A stretch of DNA of 63,811 nucleotides, filler included, from Chrysochromulina tobinii (GCA_001275005.1; 6 parts of 6 records of this genome joined end to end with filler, not necessarily neighbours in it); one strand, 5' to 3'. Positions 53,029 through 63,811 are shown, counted from the first letter of the whole stretch. Translations and numbers: made by a program. The notes: generated by a model from the sequence alone, not told the origin.

Positions 53029-55065
53029 CTAAGAGAGGATCTTTGGCGCTCTTCCTCTCCGCCGCCGGCGCGCGTCAGCCCCCTCCTCCATGCACTCGAG
53101 CAGCCGGCCCAGGCGGCGTCGGTACGGCCCCTCTATCCTGGGGTCATCGCAGAGCTCCCTCGCCGCCTGCGTGCGCAACCCCATGCTCAGCAGCATCGGG
53201 AGCAGCATCTGACGGAAGGGCCCCGCCTTCTTGGCCTCGGCGGGCAGCGTGCTGAGGAAGGTATTGAGCGCTGCCGCGAGCACAAAGGAGCGCGGCGAGA
53301 GGAGTGGAGTGTACTTGGAATTGAGGAGGATGCGGCACTGCCGCCCCTCCACCGCTGAGGCCACGTGATCGAGGAAGATCTCGAGCTCCCGTGCAAGCAC
53401 CGCCACATGCGACAACCTCGACGCCTCGTGCGACCAGCGCGGAGTCGGGTCCGAGGGGCCCGCTGTACTGAAGAGCTCGCTGATGGCAGTGACGTGTAGG
53501 AGAGGGCGCTCTCCCGCCGTCCAAAGGGAGTCAAACAGCGAGTCGCACTCGAGAGGTAGCATGGTACCTAGGGCAGGAAATTCCTGCTTCTCAGCCTGCT
53601 TGTCGGCGTCGGCCGCGCTGGCGGCGCTGCCGCTGCAGCCATCGACGGCGCCACCCGCGGTGGAGTCATACGAGACGGCCTCGTTACCACCTCGCGCGGT
53701 AGGGTCGGCAGTATTCCCTTCGTCGGACGAGGCCGCTCCAAGGGCACTACGCACCGTCTCGACGATCCGGCACCAGTTCTCGTCGCGCATCGAGAAGCCG
53801 ACGAAGAGGACGTGCTGCGTCATCAGCAGCGCCTGCAGCACGGCCTCGCTCGCCGCCTGTTCCTTCGAGAAGCGTGCGTAGTCGTGGCGCGTGAGCACGA
53901 TGGATTCGGGCCGCGAGCAGGTGCCGTGCAGCTTGAGGCACCATAGGTCGCGCACGGAGCCGGCGCCGGCGGGCAACATCGTCATATCGTGGCCGGCGAC
54001 CTTCACAGCCGTCTCGAAGAGCTCATCATAGTTGGTCGTGACGCAGCCGCGGAAGGGCAGCCCGGCGAGGAGCGCGTGCTGGAGCGAGTAGCGCTTGGCC
54101 GACGCGAGGATCCGGGCGCAGCGCGCCTTGAGCGGCCCGTCGCCTCCCGCACGCGACGAGCAGACCGAAGCAGCCTCGAGAGGATTGAGCTGCGACAACG
54201 CCTCGCGTTCCGTTGCGAGAAAGCCCAGCTCCGCACCGAGGCGGTCGAGCAGCTGCTTCCACGAGGGCAGGCCCGCGTTGATCGAGACGCCCGCGCCGAG
54301 GAAGAGCGACACCTGCCCGTCCAGGAAGCGATCGGCCAGCCGCTCCACCTCGCTGTGGAACCGGGCGGGGTCCGTAATGTCGGCCGGGGGTTTGAGGCGC
54401 CAAAGCATGCTGAACATGTTGAGATGGTTCTCGGAGAGCTTGTCTCCGAGAAGCTGCCGCCGCGCGAGGTGAGCCGCGCCGAAGGCCGCCTGGTCGACCG
54501 TGCACAGGGCTACGTCAATCGCATGCGTCTTCGTGAATGCATCCAGCTCACTCAACATCATCAGCATGATGGAGCCGGTGTTATCGTCGCCCGTGAGCGC
54601 GTCCTCCAGCTTCGGCACCATGAAGCCTGCGCCAAAGACGGGTAACGCCACAAGCGGAAGTGCCCTACCGAAGCGCGACGGAACAGCCTCCAGGTCTTGC
54701 GCGACCTGCGCGAGGAAGGATCGCAACGTTGTCGCCAGCTGATCCAACGGCAAGCCTCCAAGTGCGAGCGCCAGGTACGGCTGCGGATGCTCGTAGCCTC
54801 GCGAAGACTCGCGCACCTGCTCCATCTTGGGACGGCATCGAATGCAGCGATGCTCATCAAGGCCCCAGCCGGACGGCCGCGGCGGGATTTCACGACTCGA
54901 TATTTGCCAGAGGGGATTGACCACCATGGACTCGTCCACAGGGCAGAGCCACGCATCGCATGCGATGTAGCGCACGTCGCTGTTGAGCACGAAGATGTGC
55001 CCACGCTTCGGAGCAGCAGAGGAAAGAGCTGCCACCACCACCGCGATAACTGGGACAAGCAGCAT
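53029..55065 (-). CDS. Macro-like domain + SIR2-like (SIR2_2) NAD-binding domain protein
   Basis: Macro-like: GHIFVLNSDVRYIACDAWLCPVD and LPLVALPVFGAG. SIR2_2: LFLGAGVSINAGLPSW, TTNYD, KLHG, IVLTRHDY, LFVGFSMRDEN. Hydrophobic N-terminus; intronless. Confidence 0.87.
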   Translation of the reverse strand: MLLVPVIAVVVAALSSAAPKRGHIFVLNSDVRYIACDAWLCPVDESMVVNPLWQISSREIPPRPSGWGLDEHRCIRCRPKMEQVRESSRGYEHPQPYLALALGGLPLDQLATTLRSFLAQVAQDLEAVPSRFGRALPLVALPVFGAGFMVPKLEDALTGDDNTGSIMLMMLSELDAFTKTHAIDVALCTVDQAAFGAAHLARRQLLGDKLSENHLNMFSMLWRLKPPADITDPARFHSEVERLADRFLDGQVSLFLGAGVSINAGLPSWKQLLDRLGAELGFLATEREALSQLNPLEAASVCSSRAGGDGPLKARCARILASAKRYSLQHALLAGLPFRGCVTTNYDELFETAVKVAGHDMTMLPAGAGSVRDLWCLKLHGTCSRPESIVLTRHDYARFSKEQAASEAVLQALLMTQHVLFVGFSMRDENWCRIVETVRSALGAASSDEGNTADPTARGGNEAVSYDSTAGGAVDGCSGSAASAADADKQAEKQEFPALGTMLPLECDSLFDSLWTAGERPLLHVTAISELFSTAGPSDPTPRWSHEASRLSHVAVLARELEIFLDHVASAVEGRQCRILLNSKYTPLLSPRSFVLAAALNTFLSTLPAEAKKAGPFRQMLLPMLLSMGLRTQAARELCDDPRIEGPYRRRLGRLLECMEEGADARRRRRGRAPKILS

Positions 55066-55422
55066 AACCCACTCAGTGCCCGCACAGAGGTGAGGAGCCG
55101 AAACCGAGCGCATGTTCTTGAAATCTCGCCGCGAAATCTCGCACCACGTCCTTACGATCGCCGCTTCAAGCGGCGCCGCGTCAACGCTGCACTGGAGCAA
55201 ACTCCGACTAAACTCCGACCGCGACCGAGGCTTTCAAAGGGCCGTGGAGCACTCATGTATACTCACCACGCGCCCTACACCCGGCTGTTCTTTATCTCTC
55301 TCTCCCGTCTGCTCGATCGAGTCGTCGAGTCCGTATCGATTCTGTCTGTCTGCGCTCGCTGCCCCAAGGCCCACAAGGCCAAGGGCACGTCGCCAGCTCA
55401 GTGTGACGCTCAGCTCTCATCC

Positions 55423-57828
55423 TCACGTCTCAATGACCGCGCCGAGGGGCTTTGGCTCCTTGGGCTCGGGGTTGGCTGCTTTCCAAGCCGCGAGGCTCGT
55501 GTAGAAGCGCTTAGGCTCAATCCCATTGGCCAAGAGATCCGCAGGGTCGCCGCATTGCAGGTAGACCGTCTTCACGAGGCCGTTGATGATGGTCGATCCG
55601 TCTGACCCTTCGACAGTCCGACCCAGGCGAACATGTTCGCTCGTGCTCGAGAGTTGCTTGTACGAGTTGGCACCGAAGATGTTCCATTCCGCTGCGCCCT
55701 CAACGGTCGGCGTGCCCCAGGAGGAGGCAATCATGCCGCCGGCGGCCCCCCACCGCCCATTGTTGGTCAGCTTGCAACCGCGTGGCAGCACACTCTGCAG
55801 CTGTCGCAGGTAGGCTGCGTGCGAGCCCCATGGAGGTTCCTCGAAGGTCGAGGCATCCATGAAGGTCAGATTGCCCTCCGTGCCGTCCCCGAAGTCGTGA
55901 TCGTCGACGCTCACCCGCTCCTCCAGATGCTCCTCCTCAGTCTCAGGGTCCTTATAAACCGAGGTGGCTTTGACGAAGCCCCAGTCGCCAATGAAGGTGG
56001 ACATGATCTGGAAGGGCGGGAGGCGGAGCGTCTTGAGCCCCTTCATGCCGCGCACCGCGGCAATGAGCGCTTGCTCGTCCTTGCTCTGTGACGAGCGGTC
56101 GGCGCCTAGCGACTTGGGCCACTTGCCGCCGCAGTTGAGGTCCAGGTACGTCAGATTCGTGCAATGCTTGCCGACCTCCGTGATCGTGAGCGCGTTTACG
56201 TTTCCCTCCCCACGCAAAGAGAGCGAGGCTAGCCGCGCGCCGACAAGCTTGATCGAGGCCTTGATGGCCGTGAGCGGCGTGTAGCCACTCGTGAAAGAGA
56301 GGTGACGCACCACGTTCTGCTTCGCCTGAAGCAGAATGGCAAAGTGTGATGCCGGGCAGAAGATCACGTCGGTGCTAGACCGCTTTGCTGTCGCGCACGC
56401 GAGCTGCGCCGTGAGCTTGATGCTGTCAAAGTGGTGCAGCCGTAGCGTCGAGAAGAGCTCGGGCTCGAAGCGCATCATGCGGAACGACTTGTTGGTGAAC
56501 TCGGTAAGCACGAGGCGCGAGTGGAGCGGGCAATGCTCGAGAACTTTGAGAAGGACCTCGACGCCGAGCTCGTGGAAGAGGCCACAGTCGCCACCCCATC
56601 CGGTGGCGTGCGCCGAGCCGCCGGCCTCGACGTCGGCGAGCTTAGCCATCTTGAAGGTGTGCTTGCGCTGCGCCTGCTCATCGCGCGGTGCGAAGGCGCA
56701 GATTGCCTGTAGGAGCTGCAGTGTTGCCGGGCTTGTTGTCGGCTTATCGCTGATTGCCTTCTTCTTGCTCGCCGCCTTGCTGCCGGCTGTCGAGCCGGCC
56801 GCGCCCGCGGCGCAACCGTCACTCGCGGTCGCGTCGGAAGCAGCAGGAGCGGCGCCAGTTGCGGCGGCGGCAACGGGCATCGCGAGCGGCTCCCAGTTGA
56901 GGAGAGCGACGCCGCTGCCAATGCTCACGGCAGGATTCTTCTGGCCCTCACTACCAAAGGAGCCGGTTGGCGGGTTCTTGAGCATGCTTGCATGCACGAG
57001 CAGCTGGCGGCGAAGCGCGGCCGCGTCGTCCAGCGGCACGAGGCCCGCCTTGGCCTCAGCCGCTCCGATGAGAAGTGTCATGAGCTGCTGGTCGTCGAGG
57101 TGAGGCAGAGACGGCTTACCGGGCACGCTGACCGAGCGCAACAGCCGTCGGAGGCTCTGCATACCGGCGCTGGTGCGCTCGGCGAAGCGCTCAATGATGG
57201 CACCACTGGGGTAAATCTGCATCATGAGCATTGTCACCGCCTGCGGCTTCTTCTTCTCGTTGATCACGTACAGATGAGCGCTGAAGCGAGAAAGTAAGGG
57301 AGAAGCCCAAGCGAGCGCTGAAGCGGAACTCGCGTAAACTTTGTTCTCAACGAAGCAGCAGAAGGCGCGTTCGCCGCTCGGCCAGCGCAGTGCGACGAGC
57401 GTGGCCGTTGCCGTCTCCGAGGCGGCCCCATAGTGCCAGCGAAACAGTCTCTTGTCGTCCTCGGTCTGCTGAGTGCAGCAGCAGAGCACCTCGAAGTGCG
57501 TGTGCTCGAGAAGGGTCGCGGCGGCGGCGCGGGCGTGGTCGTCCGGCCGGTCGACCCACAGTCCCGACTTGTCCGTGAGCACCGGCGCGCCGCAGCTGAG
57601 CGCCTTGATGACCTGAACGGCCGTGTCGTTGTCGAGCGGTACCGCAGCAGAGAGCACCAAAGAGAGAGCGGTGGATGAAGAACCTGGAGCAACAGATGAC
57701 AGTGAAGCGACATCGACTGCAGGCAAAGCTTCCGCCGTGAGCGCTACGTCGATCATAGCAACTTCGGTGTGCGATTCGTCCGCCATACCAGCCGGGAAGC
57801 AGCGTACCAGTGGCAGCGAAGAGGCCAT
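55423..57828 (-). CDS. F-box/LRR-like protein with uncharacterised N-terminal domain
   Basis: F-box-like LFHELGVEVLLKVLEHCPLHSRL..TNKSFR. LRR-like LASLSL, HCTNLTYLDL, GLKTLRL. Confidence 0.62.
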   Translation of the reverse strand: MASSLPLVRCFPAGMADESHTEVAMIDVALTAEALPAVDVASLSSVAPGSSSTALSLVLSAAVPLDNDTAVQVIKALSCGAPVLTDKSGLWVDRPDDHARAAAATLLEHTHFEVLCCCTQQTEDDKRLFRWHYGAASETATATLVALRWPSGERAFCCFVENKVYASSASALAWASPLLSRFSAHLYVINEKKKPQAVTMLMMQIYPSGAIIERFAERTSAGMQSLRRLLRSVSVPGKPSLPHLDDQQLMTLLIGAAEAKAGLVPLDDAAALRRQLLVHASMLKNPPTGSFGSEGQKNPAVSIGSGVALLNWEPLAMPVAAAATGAAPAASDATASDGCAAGAAGSTAGSKAASKKKAISDKPTTSPATLQLLQAICAFAPRDEQAQRKHTFKMAKLADVEAGGSAHATGWGGDCGLFHELGVEVLLKVLEHCPLHSRLVLTEFTNKSFRMMRFEPELFSTLRLHHFDSIKLTAQLACATAKRSSTDVIFCPASHFAILLQAKQNVVRHLSFTSGYTPLTAIKASIKLVGARLASLSLRGEGNVNALTITEVGKHCTNLTYLDLNCGGKWPKSLGADRSSQSKDEQALIAAVRGMKGLKTLRLPPFQIMSTFIGDWGFVKATSVYKDPETEEEHLEERVSVDDHDFGDGTEGNLTFMDASTFEEPPWGSHAAYLRQLQSVLPRGCKLTNNGRWGAAGGMIASSWGTPTVEGAAEWNIFGANSYKQLSSTSEHVRLGRTVEGSDGSTIINGLVKTVYLQCGDPADLLANGIEPKRFYTSLAAWKAANPEPKEPKPLGAVIET

Positions 57829-57995
57829 TCGTGAGTGTGAGAGAGACTTGAGGTCAAGAGGACGTCTTCTCTGCGTTGAATGCATGCAAGGGCACTGTTC
57901 GAGCCTTACTAGTACAAGCAAGATCATGTACCCCCTCCTCCTACGTAGTTAATTCGCTCCGGGTACGCTCCGGAAATACACTCTGTCCCCTGAAA

Positions 57996-59465
57996 TCAAA
58001 CCCGCATCGCCCTCGCTCGCTTCGCCGCGCGACCGAAGCTTCCCTCGACGTCATCGAAACGATCATGAACGGCTCTGGCGCAGGCGGCGGCGGCATGCAA
58101 CCGCGCTCGCATGAGCGCAGGAGAAACCGCCGTTACTGTTGGTGCGCCCACGACGCGCCCGTCGTCGACGTCGTCAAGTGGCGTTCGATGCAGCCTCGGT
58201 GCGCACCTGGTGGTGCCTCCTCCATCTGCGGCTTCGGTTATGGCTCCCGCTATCGCTGCTTCCAACTCCTCTTCGTTGCTGCCACTCGCGCGTTCCACTA
58301 TCATTACAGCTCCCCCTGGCGGCGGCGAGAACACCTTCGGATAGAGCACCTTCGGGGAGAGCACCTTCGGCAGCGACTTCTGAAAGAGGCGAAGCTCTGC
58401 GATGCGGTCTCTGTAGCGCTTGCAGTACTTGTGGAGCACAGCGGTTTCCACCGCACGATCTTCACGCTGTTCAGGCATCTGAAGCAAGATATTGATCAGT
58501 TGGAGCGAGTGCAGGTAGAGTCGGATCGCCTCGTCGAGGTCACTCGCCTCATCTCTCTTTACCGCCTGCTGCGCGATCTGGACGGCCAGCTCCAGCACTT
58601 CACGAACCGTGCTCGTGCTCATACTCATGCTCACGTTCGAGCTCGCCGCTGCCATCGACGTGTGCGAGCCGGCGATGAGCGCATCGCTGATGATCTCGAG
58701 GTCCTCTTCGAGCCCGTGCGAGTACGCGCTCGGCGCAGCGCTCGGCGCAGGTGCATCGGAGTAGATCTCTTCGGGGGAGCCGCGTGAGATCGCAGGCGAG
58801 ATCGTGTGGTGACCCTCGCCGTCGCCCGCGCTTGTCTTGGCAGCCCGTTGTACAGTGATCATGAGTTGGAGCACGATCGGGTCGCGGCGGTGCGCGTTGC
58901 GGTCGAGCAGCAGGGTGAGTGGCTGCGGTTGCTGCTCAGATGCCGAAAACGTGGAAAGGTTGATCTCGCACGACGCCAACTCCTTGAAGGACGCCATCGC
59001 CGTCCCGAACGTGGGCTTGACCGCGAGCAAGGCCAGCTTATACCGCTTATCAGAGAACCCACTCGCCTTGCCCGACTTGCTTGCAAAGCTGCGAGGATGT
59101 AGCGAGGACGAGAATCAAGCATTTGTGGGCGCCTTCAGGGGTCAGTCGGTCAGAGCTCACTGTCACGGTGGGCGCTCCCGCTTGGGGCACACAGTCGAGA
59201 AGAATCGCTTCGCGCACAGTGTGGCAGAGAAGGACAACTTCTGCGTGCCGAAGGAGACGCCACCGGCCGCGGCCTTCATCGCCGGCGTTAGTTCGACCGT
59301 CGTGGTGGAAGCTACTTTTGGTCCACGGCGGCACTGCACGATGAGGCCAGTTGCCGAGAGGTTGGAACATGGCATTCTCTCGATGTTCAGGCTAGAGATC
59401 TCGAAGGAGTAGCGCGTTGTCGATCGGCCCACGTGCGTCGCCCGTGAAAAGGGCATCAATGGCAT
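57996..59465 (-). CDS. NT-type C2 domain + MIT domain protein (2 exons)
   Basis: Exons 59465-59218 and 59088-57996, GT-AG intron 59217-59089. The join reads QCRRGPK...LSFSATL|FASK...KRYKL...ELASCEINLS (NT-C2). MIT: LELAVQIAQQAVKRD...EAIRLY...YRDRIAEL. Confidence 0.78.
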
Positions 59466-59644
59466 GCTAGACGCCAGGCCCGAATGAATGCCCGACGAAC
59501 AGGACGAACAGGCGAGCGCCTCGTGCCCAAATTGTGATGTGTGCTTCGTGCGCGCATGCATGCGTATGTGTTGAAGGGCGGGCGCCTCGACTCGCTCACG
59601 CACGAGTGAGGCACCATGACAGCAGTGCATTCGTGCGGCGCGCT

Positions 59645-59684
59645 CTTGACTTGACTTGACTTGACTTGACTTGACTTGACTTGA
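59645..59684 (+). repeat. (CTTGA)8 microsatellite
   Basis: Perfect pentamer array in a divergent intergenic region. Confidence 0.95.
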
Positions 59685-59796
59685 CTCGCTTTTTTCACTT
59701 TTGGACGAGCACACAGGCGCAAGCGAGGGCGGCGCGCCGGCCGGACTTCCGTCCCTCCGCCCGCTTGCGTGGCTTCGGAGAGGAAGCGTGGACAAC

Positions 59797-60981
59797 ATGG
59801 TGAGGGAGGCATCACCTCGACGAGAGAACCTGCTGCGCTCACGCAGCGTGTTGGATTTTGGGCCTGACCTCACGCTGCCTTCGCCGTTGCCGCCGCTTCG
59901 CGACGGTGTGACCGAGGTGCATTTCAGCCGCTGGGTGGTGGAGGAGAGCAACAAAGAAATTGGCGATGTGGCGCGCGAGGAGGCAGCAGCAAAAAAGGCA
60001 CAGAAGAAATCATTCGATGAGGGCTTCTTGGCCGTGCAGCACCGCAAGGTGGAGGACATCCATCATCAGATGACGTCGGCCTCCGCGGCAGTTGAGAGTA
60101 TCCGCATCAAGAATTTGGAGGTGGGACAGGAGATGCGGCTGAAAATCCTCGAGCTAAAGCAGTCGATCAGCCTTGAGAAGCAGGTGCACAGCGCCAAGGG
60201 CCGCGAGCTCGTCGAGCATGCGAAGCACGTGCAGAGCGCAAAGGTGCTTGAGCGGCAGCTGTCGGCTCGTGGCCGCCGTCAGGAGCGCGGCGGGGCGACG
60301 AAAAAGGAGCGGCAGAAGCTTGCGGAGGCGCGCGAGGCGGCGCAGCATGCCGAGGAGGAGAAGAAGAAGCAGATTGCGGATAGGGTGAAGCTGGAGACGG
60401 CCAAGGAGACGATCCAGAAATCCTTATCTGTCATCGAGCAGGAGCGTGCCGCGAAGGGCGCTGCCTGCCGTGTGATCGAGGAGCGCAATGTGCTTGCGCG
60501 CCAGCAAGCTCGCGAGCAGTTCATGTCGATGTCCGCGCGCACGAGAAAGGAGGCGGAGGCGGCGCACGCTGGCGCCAAGAGCGCGCGCGAAGGGCTCACG
60601 GCGCACCGAAGGATGCAGGCGGACATGTTGCGGCAAGCGAAGACCGCCGAACTCGAGCGCAAGAAGGCATTGGCCGAGGAGAAGCTGCAGCACAATAAGG
60701 CGATTCATGACCTCATGTACGCGTCCAAGTTTGCCCCGCGCGAGCGCGCGCGAAAGGTGCACCTGCCCGGCCGAATCGGCAAGAGCGCCTTCAACGCGTT
60801 CGACGCCGATGCTGCCGCCGCCGAGGCCGCCGCCGCCGCGCCGCCGGGTCAGATGGGCGATTTCGGGATGGGTGGCTTTGGAGCTGCGCAGATGGGCGCC
60901 GGCTTTGGAGGTCGCCAGATGGGAGGTCGCCAATCCAAGGAACTGCCCAACGTGGGAAGCGATTCATGGGGGGAGAGCTGA
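59797..60981 (+). CDS. Coiled-coil protein, function unknown
   Basis: Long E/K/R/A-rich heptad-like helical region. Confidence 0.7.
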   Translation: MVREASPRRENLLRSRSVLDFGPDLTLPSPLPPLRDGVTEVHFSRWVVEESNKEIGDVAREEAAAKKAQKKSFDEGFLAVQHRKVEDIHHQMTSASAAVESIRIKNLEVGQEMRLKILELKQSISLEKQVHSAKGRELVEHAKHVQSAKVLERQLSARGRRQERGGATKKERQKLAEAREAAQHAEEEKKKQIADRVKLETAKETIQKSLSVIEQERAAKGAACRVIEERNVLARQQAREQFMSMSARTRKEAEAAHAGAKSAREGLTAHRRMQADMLRQAKTAELERKKALAEEKLQHNKAIHDLMYASKFAPRERARKVHLPGRIGKSAFNAFDADAAAAEAAAAAPPGQMGDFGMGGFGAAQMGAGFGGRQMGGRQSKELPNVGSDSWGES

Positions 60982-61311
60982 GCCATGCATGATGGATCTC
61001 GCTGGGGGCGGCTGTGACACAATGACACATTTAATGTAAAACAGGGGCTGGCAAGAGCGTAGTGTGGAGGGGCGGCAGTCGACGAGCGGCGGCACGCGAA
61101 CTTGGCGGTGCTCGGATGTCGGCTGGGCACAGAACATTGGCAACCCGTTACCCCGCGTTAGTATGTAGCACGTAACAGTCTCATCATATGCTGAGTTCAT
61201 AGCACGTAACAGTCTCAGCATGACAGCGGTCCTGGCCGGAGCGCGCAGAAGGAACAGGGTCGCCACATACGACGAGACCAGCCACAGGACGGGACCGCGC
61301 AAGCAAAAGAT

Positions 61312-61411
61312 NNNNNNNNNNNNNNNNNNNNNNNNNNNNNNNNNNNNNNNNNNNNTTAATTAATTAANNNNNNNNNNNNNNNNNNNNNNNNNNNNNNNNN
61401 NNNNNNNNNNN
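61312..61411. other. Artificial contig spacer
   Basis: N44-TTAATTAATTAA-N44. Confidence 0.97.
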
Positions 61412-63811
61412 GGCGAGGGTGGGGGCGAGGGCGGGGGCGGCAGTAGCGAGGGCGGCGGCGGCGGTGGCGAGTCCGAGGGCGGCGGCGGCGGCGAGGGTGT
61501 GGGCGGTGGCCGCGAGGGTGTAGGCGCGGAGGCGGCGAGGGCGTGGGCGGTGATGGTGAAAAGGGTGGTGGCGGTGAGATATCTGCGACGATGGGGGCGT
61601 CATGAGAAACACTCAGAGAGAGACACTCAGAGAGGCACTCTGTGAGAGGTACTCAGAGAGAGACACTCAGAGAGGCAATCAGAAAGAGGCGCTCAGAGAG
61701 AGGCACTCCGAAAGAGGCGCTCGGAGAGAGGCAGTCTGAGAGAGACACTCAGAGGAGGCACTCGGAGAGAGACACTCAGAGAGGCACTCTGTGAGAGGTA
61801 CTCAAGAGAGAGACACTCAGAGAGGCACTCAAAAAGTAACACTCAGAGAGAGGCACTCAGAGAGAGGCGCTCGGAGAGAGGCGCTCGGAGAGAAGCGCTC
61901 GGAGAGAGGCACTCCAAGAGAGGCACTCAGAGAGAGGCACTCGGAGGTAACTCGGAGGGAGGCAGTCTGAGAGATACTCACAGAGAGAGGCACTCAGAGA
62001 GAGGCACTCCGAGAGAGGCACTCCAAGAGAGGCGCTCGGAGAGAGGCACTCGGAGAGAGGCAGTCTGAGAGAGACACTGAGAGGAGGCAATCACAGAGAC
62101 ACACTCAGATAGCAATCAGAAGGAAGCCATCAGAGGGAGACACTCTGAGTGAGGCACTCGGAGAGAGGCAGTCCGAGAGAGACACTCTGAGAAAGGCAGT
62201 CTGAGAGAGGCAAATAGAGAGAGGCAAGCACGTCAGCCATTTCCCCATCAGGGCAATTGGAACTTTGAGCGTGAGCGCGCACATAGCTAACTTTCCCTCT
62301 GATGGTGCACGATGAGAAGGTCACCGTGCAATCCTCGACAAAGACACCGCTGCCCTGCAAGCAACGAGCAAACGTGAGTCTCACATGAGGGAGATGGGAA
62401 CTTTTGAAGATATGAGCACGCACTTGGTCGATGTAGCCTCCTGTGATGTTGAGCGCGGTGGCGGTGAGGGTGAGGGCGGAGGCGGCGAGGGTGGAGGCGG
62501 TGAGCTTCAGGGAGGAGACGGTGCAGGTGGTGGCGAGGGCAGTGACGGCGAGGGCGGAGGCAGCGAGGGCGAGGGCGCGCACGCGGTGTGGGTGAGGGCG
62601 GCGGCGAGGCTGGTGGCCGTGAGGGTGTGGGCGGCGGCGGTGGCGAGGGCGATGGTGGCGAGGGCGGTGATGGCGGTGGCGGCGGTGGCGAGGGAGGCGG
62701 TGGCGAGGGAGGTGGTGGTGATGGCGTTGGTGGCGAGGGCGGCGGTGGTGGTGGCGGTGGTGGTGTCGGCGGCGGTGGCGAGGGCGGATGTTGCAAGGGC
62801 GGAGGCGGCGACGGCGATGGTGGCGGAGGCGACGGCGGTGGCGGCGTTGGCGGCGTTGGCGATGGTGGTGGCGACGGCGGTGGTGGTGAACATGGCGGAG
62901 GTGGCAGTGGCGGAGGTGGCAGAGGCGGTGGTGGCGGTGGCGTTGGTGGCAGAGGCGGTGGCGGCAGAGGCGGTGGCGGCGATGACGGTGGTGGCGATGG
63001 CAGTGGCGGCGATGCGGGTGGAGGCGGAGCTGGCGGCAGCGGCGGCGGCCCAGGCGGGCGTAAGAACCTGGGAGGGAAGGGTGGCGGCGATGGCGGTGGC
63101 GATGGCGGCTGCGGCCTTGGAGGCGATGGCGGTGGCGGCGATGGCGGCGGTGGCATGGGAGGCGGTTCAGCAATTTCCCATCGGGGCGATGGGAAATTAC
63201 ATGTCTCTGCGGCACGTACATACGAGTCAGGCTATAGTTGACCAGAGTGTCGGCCGCAGTTGTGCGAGCGAGAGTCGAGGCAAGCACGTCAGTAATTTTC
63301 CCAACGGGGCGATGGGAACTTTTGAGCGTGAGCGCGCGCGCACACATAGCTAGTTGTGTTCCCACTGATGGTGCACGATGAGAAGGTCTCCGTGGGGACC
63401 AAAGACAACGTCGCCCTGCAATTAACGAGCAACGTGAGTCGGCGGTGACGAGGGAGGCGGTGGCGAGGGCGGTGGTGGCGATTGCTGTGGTGGTGTCGGC
63501 GGCGGTGGCGAGGGCGGTGGTGGCGAGGGCGGTGGTGGCGAGGGCGGTGGTGGTGATGCCGGTGGTGGCGAGGGCGGTGGCAGTGATGGCGGTGGTGGCG
63601 AGGGCGATGGTGGTGATGGCGTTGGCGGAGGAGGCGATGGCTGTGGCGATGGCGATGGCGGCGGAGGCGACGGCGGCGGTTGCGAGGGCGGCGGTGGCGA
63701 GGGCGGCGGTGGCGAGGGAGGCGGTGGCGAGGGCGGTGGTGGCGCAGGCGACGGCGGTGGCGTCGTTTGCGGAGGAGGCGATGGCTGTGGCGACGGCGAT
63801 GGCGGCGGAGG
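61412..63811 (-). pseudogene. Fragmented/degenerate extracellular gene: PPPSPPP tracts plus beta-helix-like mini-exons separated by a repeated intron family
   Basis: Mini-exon 62354-62283 (GSGVFVEDCTVTFSSCTIRGKVSY) is bounded by CAG/GT. A second copy at 63415-63346 is frameshifted. Pro-rich tracts at 62450-63160 and 63440-63811. Confidence 0.5.
61608..62222 (-). repeat. (GAGTGCCTCTCT)-type satellite, probably intronic on minus strand
   Basis: Dozens of degenerate AGAGAGGCACTC units on +. The reverse complement resembles the GAGTGCCACT intronic satellites. Confidence 0.88.

Noticed and set aside
55835..55960. EF-P/eIF5A-like FMDASTFEE segment in the F-box protein
   Set aside because: The similarity is limited to a few residues and is insufficient without a profile search.
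59089..59217. C2-MIT intron as another duplication-born intron
   Set aside because: Ordinary GT-AG intron with no junction repeat or satellite. Recorded as a counter-example.
61166..61217. 18-bp direct repeat TAGCACGTAACAGTCTCA x2
   Set aside because: Only two copies with a 16-bp gap, so a simple local duplication.

Overview
GC-rich, gene-dense eukaryotic nuclear DNA from a chlorophyll-c alga. The fucoxanthin-chlorophyll protein, bipartite plastid presequences and spliceosomal introns point to this; a haptophyte is an inference. The window is six separate contigs joined by an artificial N44-TTAATTAATTAA-N44 spacer, so adjacency across spacers is meaningless. Contig 1 (1-7400) is a tyrosine-recombinase (DIRS/Ngaro-like) retroelement. 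RT, RNase H and YR sit in one ORF, and the RT is interrupted by a ~550-aa in-frame nested cargo of two DUF4326-like domains and a degenerate C5-cytosine-methyltransferase-like domain. The other contigs carry about 20 host genes: a receptor-like kinase, a BTB-nucleotidyltransferase, UTP25, a double glycosyltransferase with a QTGAL/B3GNTL1 domain, a sulfotransferase-like protein, a ModF-like ABC ATPase, a U-box/DUB-like multidomain protein, a bPH_2 protein, Ctr, PGM, FCP, a RhoGEF-ankyrin protein, a CRT-like transporter, PPR-TrmB, a FAM135-like hydrolase, macro-SIR2, an F-box protein and C2-MIT. The most striking non-coding pattern is in the introns. The 11 complete introns I could resolve in three genes are all bounded by short to long direct repeats, and several contain a decayed copy of the neighbouring exon. 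Many are filled with sense-strand CTGA/TTGA-core 10-12-mer satellites, which suggests intron birth by local tandem duplication. All domain calls are by-eye motif recognition; no searches were run.
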